Source: a virus (lineage: Duplodnaviria > Heunggongvirae > Uroviricota > Caudoviricetes). Taken from it: a stretch of 43,697 bases of DNA. The translations under genes and the position numbers were made by a program. Location of the stretch: the IMG/VR virus record IMGVR_UViG_3300012943_000030, positions 1-43,697 of that record; one strand, given 5' to 3'. Below the pieces are notes generated by a model. The model did no database searches and was not told the DNA's origin. It saw only the letters and a program-made list of their open reading frames with translations. The stretch's first letter is position 1. Each line of letters starts with the position of its first letter. Shown here in pieces: positions 6,433 to 15,326 of the stretch.

Positions 6433-7077
6433 ATGAAACCAGTGATCATCTACACTCTTCCAAGAACGCGCAGCAGCGCGCTACTCGAAGCATGTAAGAG
6501 AGACGTTCTACTTAGAGAGCCTCTTGATCGTCGACTTGACGATGCTACATGGGAAAAACTAAAGACCTCACTCAATTCAAGCGATACTTGCTCAAAGTTT
6601 TTCGGCTCTCAGGTATCTAGCGATCCAAGGGCGAAGGCTTGGTTTAGAGGGGTGTCAGACACCCATGACGTTTTTATCTTGATGAGAGACCTAAACGAGG
6701 TATGCTACTCATTTTTGCTTGCTAAGAACTTTGGTTGGGGTAAAGTGACTGAGGTGGAACCATCTGAGATCAAAATTACCTACGACGATATCCTATCTCT
6801 TCACTTTGAGTTTGAGCGATTTTTTCAGATGCTGCCCATCGGCGGCCAGATAATCTCGTTCGAGACGGCGCCATCGAGCCATTTCGATTTTAGCCGTATC
6901 ACGCTTGAGAACCAGCACTCACTTGAAAAGATCCCGCGGCTTGCAAATCAAGAAGCTGCTAAGAACGTGGTTAGCAGCATCAATAGAATTTACGGTCTGG
7001 CATGGGCAGAATTGTGGCAACGTGCCAGCGCGAACAATGGAGGTGTGGGGGAGCGGTTTATCCCACCACTTTGCTAA
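6433..7077 (+). CDS. Sulfotransferase-fold-like protein (paralog 2)
   Basis: VIIYTLPRTRSS...ILMRDLNEVCYS; aligns along its length with 5649..6338. Confidence 0.5.
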   Translation: MKPVIIYTLPRTRSSALLEACKRDVLLREPLDRRLDDATWEKLKTSLNSSDTCSKFFGSQVSSDPRAKAWFRGVSDTHDVFILMRDLNEVCYSFLLAKNFGWGKVTEVEPSEIKITYDDILSLHFEFERFFQMLPIGGQIISFETAPSSHFDFSRITLENQHSLEKIPRLANQEAAKNVVSSINRIYGLAWAELWQRASANNGGVGERFIPPLC

Positions 7078-7128
7078 AGTGACGGCCCCGAAAGGGGTCC
7101 GTGGGTTCGAATCCCACCGCCTCCGCCA
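7039..7128 (+). tRNA. tRNA-Ser(GCU)
   Basis: Type II, TT-GCT-AA, G73-CCA; overlaps the 3' end of the upstream CDS. Confidence 0.92.
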
Positions 7129-7144
7129 ATTAGGAACACCACCG

Positions 7145-7357
7145 ATGGATAAGAAGATCCCACCAAAACCACCAGGCTTTCGCTACTCATGCCCGGCATG
7201 CGGTCCTCTAGTTGCCGGCAGCCCGCACCGAAGCTGGATGTGCCGTCTTATGAATAGAAATGAGATCGTTGGCGCCGAAGACGAAATGGTGTTCGATGAA
7301 ACGAAATGGAAATGGGTGACCATCGGTGAAGTTCAAAAATCTACTGTTGGTGCTTAA
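7145..7357 (+). CDS. Hypothetical protein with CxxC
   Basis: ATG after tRNA with AGGA RBS; YSCPAC motif. Confidence 0.6.
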   Translation: MDKKIPPKPPGFRYSCPACGPLVAGSPHRSWMCRLMNRNEIVGAEDEMVFDETKWKWVTIGEVQKSTVGA

Positions 7358-7601
7358 GGACCAGGGTCCTCTCAAGCGTTTCATTCGAAACTTTCTCATT
7401 ACGCGCAATGCGTGGGGGCTCTTTCATACCAACTCACACGTCTCACAAGGGTCGGGTAAACCGAAGGTTGCCTACAATACGAAGGCCACAGCCCTGAAGG
7501 CAGCTGAGAGCATGAAACGGAAGCATGGCAAGCACTTCAGTGCCTACAAGTGCCTTCACTGTGATGGTTTCCACCTCGGGAAGAACCGAGACAACAAGTA
7601 G
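7326..7601 (+). CDS. Small basic protein with YxCxxC..H motif
   Basis: AYKCLHCDGFHLG; GTG start overlapping the previous ORF. Confidence 0.7.
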   Translation: MKFKNLLLVLKDQGPLKRFIRNFLITRNAWGLFHTNSHVSQGSGKPKVAYNTKATALKAAESMKRKHGKHFSAYKCLHCDGFHLGKNRDNK

Positions 7602-7634
7602 TCGATAAATACTGGACGCCACCAAGGAACCCTA

Positions 7635-8942
7635 GTGAAAGTCCAGGAACTCTTCGAAGCCCTAAATGATCTCCCAACGCCGCCCCACCTGGCGCAGGAG
7701 ATTGACAAGGACGTTCCACTCTTCCTTCGGACCCTAGCCAAGAAGCACGATCTCACCGCAAGGATTGACGGTGGACCGCTGCAGCGCGACAAAAAGTACG
7801 TCGGCCGCGGCTACGTCATTGAGCTGCACCCTCGCGGCTACAACAGTCGAAAGGAATATGAGCGCGCTGGCTACGATCGCGCTAACTTGAAGAGAGCTCC
7901 AAATGAGCGCGTTGAAAACTACGACGCCTTCTGGAAGGAAGCCATTCCGTACCTCACTGACAAGTTTGATCTGCGAGCCCCGATCCGCGGCCCAGGCAGT
8001 AAGTCTGGAAACACTAAGGTGTCCGCAAGCGCGAAGATGCCAAGCAACACTCGGTACAAATACTTCTGGGCGTACCTCAAGGGCGTCAACGACGGTGAAG
8101 ATCCAAAGAAGCACAACGAGAAGATTGAGCACCAGCTGCGCGCCCGCCTCGTCGCTTCAATCCTCAGGGTCTACAGCCCAATAGAGCATTGGAAGCACGA
8201 CGCTGATGACAGGGCAATGAAGGCGCTGAAGGACGACAATCAGAAGGCGCTTGATAAGACCATCAAGGACGTCAAGGACGTGCTCGAGCAAGAGCGCGAG
8301 AACGGCAACGAATTTCCAGAGATTGAGAAGATGCTCGATCCGAGCACCTTCAAGGCAACCTTCAAGACAGAGTTCCTGAAGCACCACCAACGCGAGCTAC
8401 GCTCCGCCGTGTCGAAGCGCTCAACGTACCTCAACGCTGAGAGACAGATTGATCCAGGAAAGCTGTCACAGGCAATGCGCGCGATTGAAAGAGCGCGTCA
8501 GCATGGGCACGCCCTTCCTGAGCTTGAGAAGATCCTTCCGCTCAAGGACTGGCCAGCAACGCTGAGCAAGGCATGGGACCGGTTCCTAGTTGACCAGGTG
8601 CACAACGCAATGAAGCGCTTCAGCTCGACGACGATCTCTGAGATCGCGAAGTATCGAGAGGACGCTGAGCGTCATGAGAGGGCCGGCCACGAGCTGCCAA
8701 AGTTCAACGCGCTGGTAAATGGCCCGGACTTTGAGAAGAACCTTTTCAAGATCGCAACGCGAAGCGAAGATCCAACGACGCAGGACGTCGTCAAGTACAT
8801 TCTTACCATGTACAAGGACGCTATCAAGCACAGCAACGTTCAAGACACAGATCGTCTCAGGCAGATCATGAAGATGGCTGAGCGCAATGGCTATGGTGGC
8901 AAAGAGCTTGACGCTATCAAGCGCAGCATGAAGGTAGGCTAA
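7635..8942 (+). CDS. Hypothetical late protein (MKVQELFE..., 435 aa)
   Basis: ATAAATA at 7605, AAGGA RBS, long ORF. Confidence 0.88.
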   Translation: MKVQELFEALNDLPTPPHLAQEIDKDVPLFLRTLAKKHDLTARIDGGPLQRDKKYVGRGYVIELHPRGYNSRKEYERAGYDRANLKRAPNERVENYDAFWKEAIPYLTDKFDLRAPIRGPGSKSGNTKVSASAKMPSNTRYKYFWAYLKGVNDGEDPKKHNEKIEHQLRARLVASILRVYSPIEHWKHDADDRAMKALKDDNQKALDKTIKDVKDVLEQERENGNEFPEIEKMLDPSTFKATFKTEFLKHHQRELRSAVSKRSTYLNAERQIDPGKLSQAMRAIERARQHGHALPELEKILPLKDWPATLSKAWDRFLVDQVHNAMKRFSSTTISEIAKYREDAERHERAGHELPKFNALVNGPDFEKNLFKIATRSEDPTTQDVVKYILTMYKDAIKHSNVQDTDRLRQIMKMAERNGYGGKELDAIKRSMKVG

Positions 8943-8946
8943 ATTT

Positions 8947-9036
8947 GGAGAGGTGGCTGAGAGGCTTAAGGCGCCGGTCTCGAAAACCGGAGACGGCGAA
9001 AGCCGTCCGTGGGTTCAAATCCCACCTTCTCCGCCA
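8947..9036 (+). tRNA. tRNA-Ser(CGA)
   Basis: Type II, CT-CGA-AA, G73-CCA. Confidence 0.95.
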
Positions 9037-9194
9037 AATTTGAATGCAAGAGCATGAGATGCGGGCATCATCCGAAATTGGCTCCATCTCCTGGGCAGCG
9101 GCTAATCGGTATGCCGTCCGGCGGTGGTGGCGCTTAGGCGAACGTCTATGCGCCAATCTCTGAAGAAACTAAAGAGAGGTTGCGCCCGCCAAGA

Positions 9195-9485
9195 ATTCAA
9201 CGCCCGACCTATCGCAGGCGAAAGCTTGAGGAAGTTCGGGACTGCATAGAGCAGGGCTTGTCGCTCTGTGGTAGCTTACAGCGGCTGCTCGGCTTTTAGC
9301 TTGGCAAACCGCCAGGAGCGATTACCACAACGGCTCCGCAGAAACACAAAACAGTTCCTCATGACGCTGCTCGCCGAGGGAACGGGTTGTGGCACCTTTG
9401 ACCCACCGCAAAATGTGGCGAGGACGGCGCAAGCCGTAGATGAATGATAGGATAGAAACAGAAACCCGGCTATGAGGCGTTGAAT
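9195..9485 (+). ncRNA. rnpB: RNase P RNA (bacterial-type, compact)
   Basis: 10-bp P1 ATTCAACGCC/GGCGTTGAAT; CR-I-like GAGGAAGTTCGGGAC; CR-IV-like AGATGAATGAT; CR-V-like ACAGAAACCCGGCTAT. Confidence 0.88.
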
Positions 9486-9506
9486 ACTACATACAGGAGA
9501 AACATC

Positions 9507-9893
9507 ATGAGCGTTCGAGATCAGCTACGTCCAGATTTGATTGCGCGCCTTGATGCGCTACAGGAAAAGATCAATGCCAGTGAAATTGTGGACATGAAGT
9601 TCACGTTTACTGAGGGCCAAACTCTCGACGCAAATATGGTTGCTGAGGACATGTGCCATCTTCTCGAAGCATTCTTCGAGGGGCGTATGCACCCACTGCC
9701 ACCGATCGGCGACAGCCATTGCCGCTGCGACAAAGTTGCAGGGCCGCACGTTCAGTACGATCATCCGGACTGGAATGAGCAGAACAGCCCTGAGGCCATC
9801 AGCAAGCGCGGCCTCGACTTCTACATGAACGGTGGCGCCGACAAGCTCAATGAAGCTCTTCGCGACATGCCTCATGAGGAGTACAGAGGCTGA
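9507..9893 (+). CDS. Hypothetical protein
   Basis: AGGAG RBS; 128 aa. Confidence 0.8.
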   Translation: MSVRDQLRPDLIARLDALQEKINASEIVDMKFTFTEGQTLDANMVAEDMCHLLEAFFEGRMHPLPPIGDSHCRCDKVAGPHVQYDHPDWNEQNSPEAISKRGLDFYMNGGADKLNEALRDMPHEEYRG

Positions 9894-10054
9894 TGAAAAG
9901 CTTAGGGCATCGCAGAGGTGGTGGAAATTTCAACTTGCGCGGCAAGCGCGAGGTGATGTGCTCATGCCGCTGCTGCACGATGATCAACCCGAAGCAGAAG
10001 CTTCTTGAAAGAGAACACGTACAAGAAATGAGGAGACGTGGGAGAGTGGTTTAA
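9893..10054 (+). CDS. Small Cys-rich basic protein (53 aa, below cutoff)
   Basis: TGATG coupling to the previous ORF; MKSLGHRRGGG...CSCRCC; stop lies inside tRNA-Ser(GGA). Confidence 0.55.
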   Translation: MKSLGHRRGGGNFNLRGKREVMCSCRCCTMINPKQKLLEREHVQEMRRRGRVV

Positions 10055-10121
10055 TCCACCAATCTGGAAAGTTGGAAGCTCCGCAAGGGGTTCGCGAGTT
10101 CAAATCTCGCCGTCTCCGCCA
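10032..10121 (+). tRNA. tRNA-Ser(GGA)
   Basis: Type II, CT-GGA-AA, G73-CCA. Confidence 0.95.
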
Positions 10122-10126
10122 ACAGA

Positions 10127-10163
10127 AAAGGGCAGGTTTCGAAAGGAACCTGCCCTTTGTTTT
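10127..10163 (+). terminator. Intrinsic terminator closing the RNA array
   Basis: AAAGGGCAGGTTTC-GAAA-GGAACCTGCCCTTT then GTTTT. Confidence 0.85.
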
Positions 10164-10205
10164 GCCTCGAGGTTGGTGATGTACGATTTTTTCCTATATA
10201 CTTTT

Positions 10206-10751
10206 ATGCACGCAGTCGAACCTCTCAACATGTTCTTTAATCCAGTCGACATCAACAATGATGTGGAACGACTGATCTTTGCTGATGACGCGTTCGACTT
10301 GAAGAAGTTCAGCTGGCACAACCAAGCGTCGCTGCGACAGTCAGATGATTGGTTTGCCGGTACCGGCTCACTGTATGATTACAATGCGCAGCAGTTTGTC
10401 GGCTCAACCGCGAGCTACACGCAGACTTCTGAAAAGCTCGCAGGCTCATACCTAGAGATGATGATCAAGTTTGTTGAGGGACACGCCGCAGAAGAAGGTG
10501 TAAAGATAGGTAGGGTTCGACTGATGCGCCTGCTCCCTAAAACATGCTACACGCTGCACACCGACCTTGAAGAGTTTCGCTACCACATACCAGTGCAGAC
10601 GAACAACAGCAACTTTTTCGTCATTGACAACAACGTCTACCGCATGCCAACGGCTGGTCAGCTGTACCGTTTCAAAACAAATGCTGCTCATACGGCCGTC
10701 AACGCAAGCACAGAACCTCGCACCCACATAGTGTTCGACACATTCACATGA
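10206..10751 (+). CDS. Aspartyl/asparaginyl beta-hydroxylase-like 2OG-Fe(II) dioxygenase
   Basis: RVRLMRLLP..YTLHTD...RYHIPVQTN...AHTAVN...RTHIV (HxD...H); start uncertain (10206 or 10230). Confidence 0.78.
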   Translation: MHAVEPLNMFFNPVDINNDVERLIFADDAFDLKKFSWHNQASLRQSDDWFAGTGSLYDYNAQQFVGSTASYTQTSEKLAGSYLEMMIKFVEGHAAEEGVKIGRVRLMRLLPKTCYTLHTDLEEFRYHIPVQTNNSNFFVIDNNVYRMPTAGQLYRFKTNAAHTAVNASTEPRTHIVFDTFT

Positions 10752-11473
10752 TCCAGACAAAACCAACAACCATTCTCGGCGCCCAGATCATCGCCCACCT
10801 GGCGCTCATCCCAATGTTCATGTACGGCCACTGGTACCATTGGCTCGCCGCGCTGTTCGTCTACTTCCTGAACGGCTGCCTTGGCATGACGATGACGTAT
10901 CACCGCCTGCTGTCACACAAGAGCTGGAACTGCCCTAAGTTCCTTGAACGTCTCTTCGTGCTGTTCGCCACAATCGGCATGACAGGACCGGCCATCAGCT
11001 GGGTTGCCGTGCACCGAAAGCACCACGCGTTCACCGACACCGAAAAAGATCCGCACTCACCGAAGCACAAGGGTTGGTTCTGGTGCCACTACCTCAGCAT
11101 GTTTGCCAAGGTGGAGGTGAAGTACGCCGCGCACCTGCTGCGCGATCCATTCTACAACTGGCAGCATAAGCACTACTTCACGATCAACGCCGTCTACGCC
11201 GCCGCGCTACTGTTGCTTCTAGGACCGTTTGCGCTTGTCTACGCATGGCTGGTACCGGCGTGCATTCTTTGGAACGGCGGTTCGTCAATCGTTTCCATCT
11301 CTCACCGCGATGGTCATACTCACTCAGACCCCCCACTGTGGTTCTTTACATGGGGCGAGGGCTACCACATCAAGCATCATGAAGATCCAAACGCTAACCG
11401 CTTTGGCAAGTGGGACCTAGGTGGTTATCTCATCAGCAAGCTGGAGCACAAAGATGTCAAGTTGGAAAAGTAG
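10748..11473 (+). CDS. Membrane fatty-acid (acyl-CoA, delta9-type) desaturase
   Basis: Three His boxes HRLLSH, HRKHH, HIKHH; DPHSP motif; TM segments. Confidence 0.9.
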   Translation: MIQTKPTTILGAQIIAHLALIPMFMYGHWYHWLAALFVYFLNGCLGMTMTYHRLLSHKSWNCPKFLERLFVLFATIGMTGPAISWVAVHRKHHAFTDTEKDPHSPKHKGWFWCHYLSMFAKVEVKYAAHLLRDPFYNWQHKHYFTINAVYAAALLLLLGPFALVYAWLVPACILWNGGSSIVSISHRDGHTHSDPPLWFFTWGEGYHIKHHEDPNANRFGKWDLGGYLISKLEHKDVKLEK

Positions 11474-12161
11474 GTTTGAACTTCCTGTCCTGAAGCGCCT
11501 CAACCTTACCGTTGATCTAGAGCGCCTCAAGGCAGAGCTTGGTGACTTCGCCTCAGGTAAGGTGTGGGACGGCCTTGGCTCTGACTACGCCAGCCTCTGT
11601 GAGACCCACACTCGTCTTCCAAAGATGTTCTTCACTGAGCAGGAGCTTGAGGGCGTCAGCTGCGTGTGCGATATTGACTTCACAAAGTCCAGCTACCAAC
11701 AGCTCAGCCTCACTGAGTTTGATGACACATACTCGCTTGATGAGCGCACTGAGAAATCGGGCAGCGCCTGGGATGAGCGCGTTGCCAAGCAGAAGCCAGA
11801 GGCCGATGAGCGCTGGTTCCGCAAGCTGAAGACCGACGTACCGCCATACATGCGCGAGATCCTGGCCAGCTTCCCAGGATCCCACCGCGCGCGCTTTGCT
11901 CTTCTCGCACCGCACAGCAACGTCAAGCCGCACATTGATTATGACACGCTGTATGGCATTCGCATTCACATTGCTCTTGAGACCAACGAAGGCTGCTTCA
12001 ATGGTGGCTGGGACAAGGAAGGCAATGAGGTTCGCAACCATATTCCTGCTGACGGCTCGGTCTGGTTCATCAACCCAGGCGTCAAGCACTACGCCGTCAA
12101 CGAAGGCGACACACCTCGCAACCATCTCATCATCAGCTTGGATACCCAGAGCATCATCTAA
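11454..12161 (+). CDS. Aspartyl/asparaginyl beta-hydroxylase-like dioxygenase
   Basis: RARFALLAP..VKPHIDYD...RIHIALETN...KHYAVN...RNHLI. Confidence 0.8.
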   Translation: MSSWKSRFELPVLKRLNLTVDLERLKAELGDFASGKVWDGLGSDYASLCETHTRLPKMFFTEQELEGVSCVCDIDFTKSSYQQLSLTEFDDTYSLDERTEKSGSAWDERVAKQKPEADERWFRKLKTDVPPYMREILASFPGSHRARFALLAPHSNVKPHIDYDTLYGIRIHIALETNEGCFNGGWDKEGNEVRNHIPADGSVWFINPGVKHYAVNEGDTPRNHLIISLDTQSII

Positions 12162-12862
12162 TGTTTGCTAGAAAGCTAAACATTTCTCCGCACGTGAAGG
12201 CAGAGCTATTTGATCATGCCAGGCGCATGAAGCAGCATGTTGTGGCTGCACACCCATCACTGCTGGACTATTACTACTGGTCTGTTGGGACGTGGCCAAC
12301 GGCAAATGTGGCGACGATGACGCACGATGTTCACCCAAGCCCGCTCACGCATCCCATCCCTGACGATGTTTGGTTTGACAAGCTGTGCAAATTAGACCCT
12401 TCCTTTTTGAAGTTCTATGAGAGATACAAGTTCGTAGAATTTCTTGGAGTAGCTAATGATGCGGATTGGGGAATTCACCGTCACATCTACGATCTTACCA
12501 GCCATTGGAACATCGTTCTGTTTGATGATGCGCGCGCTGCCGATAATCTCATTCACATGTGGAAGCTGCATGATGACGCGTATTCCGCTGCACCTCAGTC
12601 GGATTTTACCAGTTCGTCATTCAATGTTCTCACAAAGACGTGCGTTGAGCAGGACATTGATCCGTCAACGCTGTCAAAGCTTGAAGAAGTAGAAACTCAC
12701 CGCGTAAACAATGGTGATGCGTACCTCATCAACAGCTGGTGCTGGCATTCACATACCACCCCGGATGGTGGCGGTAAGGTCAACCTCTATCTCATGTACA
12801 TCCAGAACACCGCTACCCATCAAGCGGCGGCCGATTGGGCCACCTGGCTAGAAAGTTTGTGA
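12161..12862 (+). CDS. Hypothetical, possibly a cupin/jelly-roll oxygenase
   Basis: IHRH and AYLINSWCWHSH motifs; TAATG coupling. Confidence 0.55.
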   Translation: MFARKLNISPHVKAELFDHARRMKQHVVAAHPSLLDYYYWSVGTWPTANVATMTHDVHPSPLTHPIPDDVWFDKLCKLDPSFLKFYERYKFVEFLGVANDADWGIHRHIYDLTSHWNIVLFDDARAADNLIHMWKLHDDAYSAAPQSDFTSSSFNVLTKTCVEQDIDPSTLSKLEEVETHRVNNGDAYLINSWCWHSHTTPDGGGKVNLYLMYIQNTATHQAAADWATWLESL

Positions 12863-12911
12863 TCGAACTCCGGTCGGGCTGACGCTAAATACCTGCATCC
12901 AATCACAGAAG

Positions 12912-13541
12912 ATGCACATGTCAGACGAGGTCAAGATTTTTAGTCCAGCCTCTGCCGAGGTCCGGCGCTTTCGGGCTGACATCTACGCTAACGACCTGAA
13001 CATCAGCCCAACGTGGCTGTCGATGTACAGCTCGAAGCACCCTCCGACGACCAACAAGTTTGCGTATTGGTTCTCGGATGAAAAGTTTCTCACGAACAAG
13101 CTAGATCAGGTTCTGCTGCACTATCATAACGGTGAGGCGGTTGGCATGTGCTGCGGCACTCAATTCAACCAGCACCTCTATCGCGGTGTTCAGACCTACT
13201 ACATTCTCAAGCGCTTTCGTCGGATCCGTGGGCTCAACACCCTGCATTTTCGACACGATGGTTTCTTTGACCATCAGATAGCGCGAGCTCGCCAGCTTGG
13301 CTGTAAGGCGATCTTCATCAGCGTTGATACCTTCGACCGCCGCCATGAGATCATGTTCGACGCCATGAGAAATGACGTTGTGGGTCCTGGCCATATGCCA
13401 AACTCAGAGCGTAAGTACACGGCCAAGGACCTTACGTACCTTGATGCATCATACAAGATCATGTGGACAGACCAGAAGGTCTGCTACATGAAGATCGTTG
13501 ACACCCCACTAACCTTTGACGAGATGTTTTACCCATCATGA
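12912..13541 (+). CDS. Hypothetical, GNAT-like
   Basis: YYILKRFRRIRGL...ARQLGCKAIFI resembles GNAT motifs A/B; CTAAATA at 12885. Confidence 0.5.
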   Translation: MHMSDEVKIFSPASAEVRRFRADIYANDLNISPTWLSMYSSKHPPTTNKFAYWFSDEKFLTNKLDQVLLHYHNGEAVGMCCGTQFNQHLYRGVQTYYILKRFRRIRGLNTLHFRHDGFFDHQIARARQLGCKAIFISVDTFDRRHEIMFDAMRNDVVGPGHMPNSERKYTAKDLTYLDASYKIMWTDQKVCYMKIVDTPLTFDEMFYPS

Positions 13542-14401
13542 AAATCCTAGTTACCGGCGCAACAGGCTACATTGGTGCCCATGTTGTCAAACGACTTGCA
13601 GATCACGGTCACAATGTTGTTGGCGCAGATTTCAACTTCAAGCAAAACAACATAGCTGATTACTGCGACTACCTTATCGACTGGGACATTCGTACCACAA
13701 AGTACAACCGCGCAGCGATGACCAGGTTCGATACCGTCATTCACCTCGCCGCGAACACGCTGGTGTCAAAGTCAATGGAAGATCCATTCTCGTTTTACGA
13801 GACGAACATCATCGGCACCCAGAACGTTATCGATGCTGCGCATGATACTGGTCACTTCCTGTACTGCTCAACTGGGACCGCGTTTGACCCAGGCTCAAGC
13901 CCATACGGCATGAGCAAGCGAGCGGGCGAGGACCTTGTTGTCCTCAAGCCGAACTACTCAATCTGCCGCTTCTACAACGTCAGCGGCAATGACGGTTTCA
14001 AGAAGTACGAGAACTACTACTCGCACCTCATTCGCAAGGCCGCGGCAGTAGCGAACGGTCTGTTCGATAAGCTCTACATCAACGGCACTGACTACGATAC
14101 TCCAGACGGTACCACCCTCCGCAACTACAGCCACGTTGGTGACATCGCCGACGCCATCGTTGCCATCGCAAATCATGGCCCGACAAAATCAGTCGAGTGC
14201 CTTGGCTCTACTCGCGGCTCATCAGTGCTCGAGGTTGTGGCGGCAATGGAAGAAGCCTGTGGCTTCGTGCTGCCGAAGGAGAATGCCCCTCGCCGCGTCG
14301 GCGATTTGGCACGCTCAACTATGCCGAAGCAGAGTGAGTTCTACACCGAGAAGCGCACCCTTCTTGATCAGTGCAAGTCCGCGCTTGAGGATGAAAAATG
14401 A
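13538..14401 (+). CDS. galE: NAD-dependent epimerase, UDP-glucose 4-epimerase-like
   Basis: ILVTGATGYIG, YGMSK, GTDYDTPDGTTLRNYSHV, PRRVGD. Confidence 0.88.
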   Translation: MKILVTGATGYIGAHVVKRLADHGHNVVGADFNFKQNNIADYCDYLIDWDIRTTKYNRAAMTRFDTVIHLAANTLVSKSMEDPFSFYETNIIGTQNVIDAAHDTGHFLYCSTGTAFDPGSSPYGMSKRAGEDLVVLKPNYSICRFYNVSGNDGFKKYENYYSHLIRKAAAVANGLFDKLYINGTDYDTPDGTTLRNYSHVGDIADAIVAIANHGPTKSVECLGSTRGSSVLEVVAAMEEACGFVLPKENAPRRVGDLARSTMPKQSEFYTEKRTLLDQCKSALEDEK

Positions 14402-14652
14402 ACTGGCCGCGACCACATACAATTGAGGTCCACCTCGATGACAAACAGTACGCGTTTGTCAGAGAGTACATGGAAACGCGCGGCATCTCACATGAAGAAG
14501 GTGTGATGTGGAGCGCCCTCAATTGGCTCAACAAGATCGAGCGAACTGAGGGTGCTAGAGAGGCGGTGACCGCCCTCATGCCAAAGCTGCCATCGAAGAT
14601 GATGACGGATGAGGAGCTTACCAAATTCGTCGATGAACTCAACGATGCTTGA
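14398..14652 (+). CDS. Hypothetical protein
   Basis: ATGA coupling; 84 aa. Confidence 0.7.
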   Translation: MNWPRPHTIEVHLDDKQYAFVREYMETRGISHEEGVMWSALNWLNKIERTEGAREAVTALMPKLPSKMMTDEELTKFVDELNDA

Positions 14653-15241
14653 CATCATACCGCAAACCTACCATAGGATTGGTGTTCCACTGTCTGGTGG
14701 ACCAGATAGCGCCATCCTCTACTACACGCTCATGGAAGAAAACCTTGAGCTTGGTAGCCCTTATCGCATTATTCCAATCTGCGCGCCGAAGATTGACGGT
14801 GCAGACTATTACGCATCACAAGTCAACAATTGGGTCTGCAACAGGCTTACCACCACAAATGACATCCTCTTCATCGGCAATCCATGGCAAGCCCACAATG
14901 TCATAGTGCGCAATGCCGTCATTAACGCTTTCATCTTTGACATCATCGACTGCGTGGTGCTTGGTGATAACGTGCCACCACCAGATGGCGCCGGCTTTCC
15001 AGGCCTGCAGCCTGTCAGGGAACGTGTTGATAGCCCAGTGGTCTTTCAGCCATACTTTGACATGACCAAGGACCAGATCATCTCTGGGTTCTTCGACCAA
15101 GAGATTGAAGAGCTACTAGCCTTTACCCACTCGTGTACTGAGAAGCCACGAGGGGCCTGCTGGGAATGCTGGCAGTGCACTGAACGGAAATGGGCGTTCA
15201 CCAAGCTCGGCAAGATTGACCCTCTAGCCCACTTAACATAA
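14645..15241 (+). CDS. QueC-like PP-loop ATPase
   Basis: LSGGPDS PP-loop; THSC...CWECWQCTER zinc motif. Confidence 0.72.
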   Translation: MLDIIPQTYHRIGVPLSGGPDSAILYYTLMEENLELGSPYRIIPICAPKIDGADYYASQVNNWVCNRLTTTNDILFIGNPWQAHNVIVRNAVINAFIFDIIDCVVLGDNVPPPDGAGFPGLQPVRERVDSPVVFQPYFDMTKDQIISGFFDQEIEELLAFTHSCTEKPRGACWECWQCTERKWAFTKLGKIDPLAHLT

Positions 15242-15267
15242 TATCCCAGGTTACATAACTTGACCTG

Positions 15268-15296
15268 TGTACGAACCTAGAGGTTCATGATAGGAT
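15268..15296 (+). promoter_or_regulatory. Sigma70-like promoter
   Basis: TGTACG-N17-TAGGAT upstream of the GGDEF gene; TTAACATAAT at 15233. Confidence 0.55.
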
Positions 15297-15326
15297 TGGC
15301 TCATCTCAATCTCTGAGCATAAGTAG

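Noticed and set aside
14645-15241. Queuosine/7-deazaguanine DNA-modification pathway
   Set aside because: Only a QueC-like PP-loop gene is present; no folE, queD, queE or dpdA is recognisable in the window.
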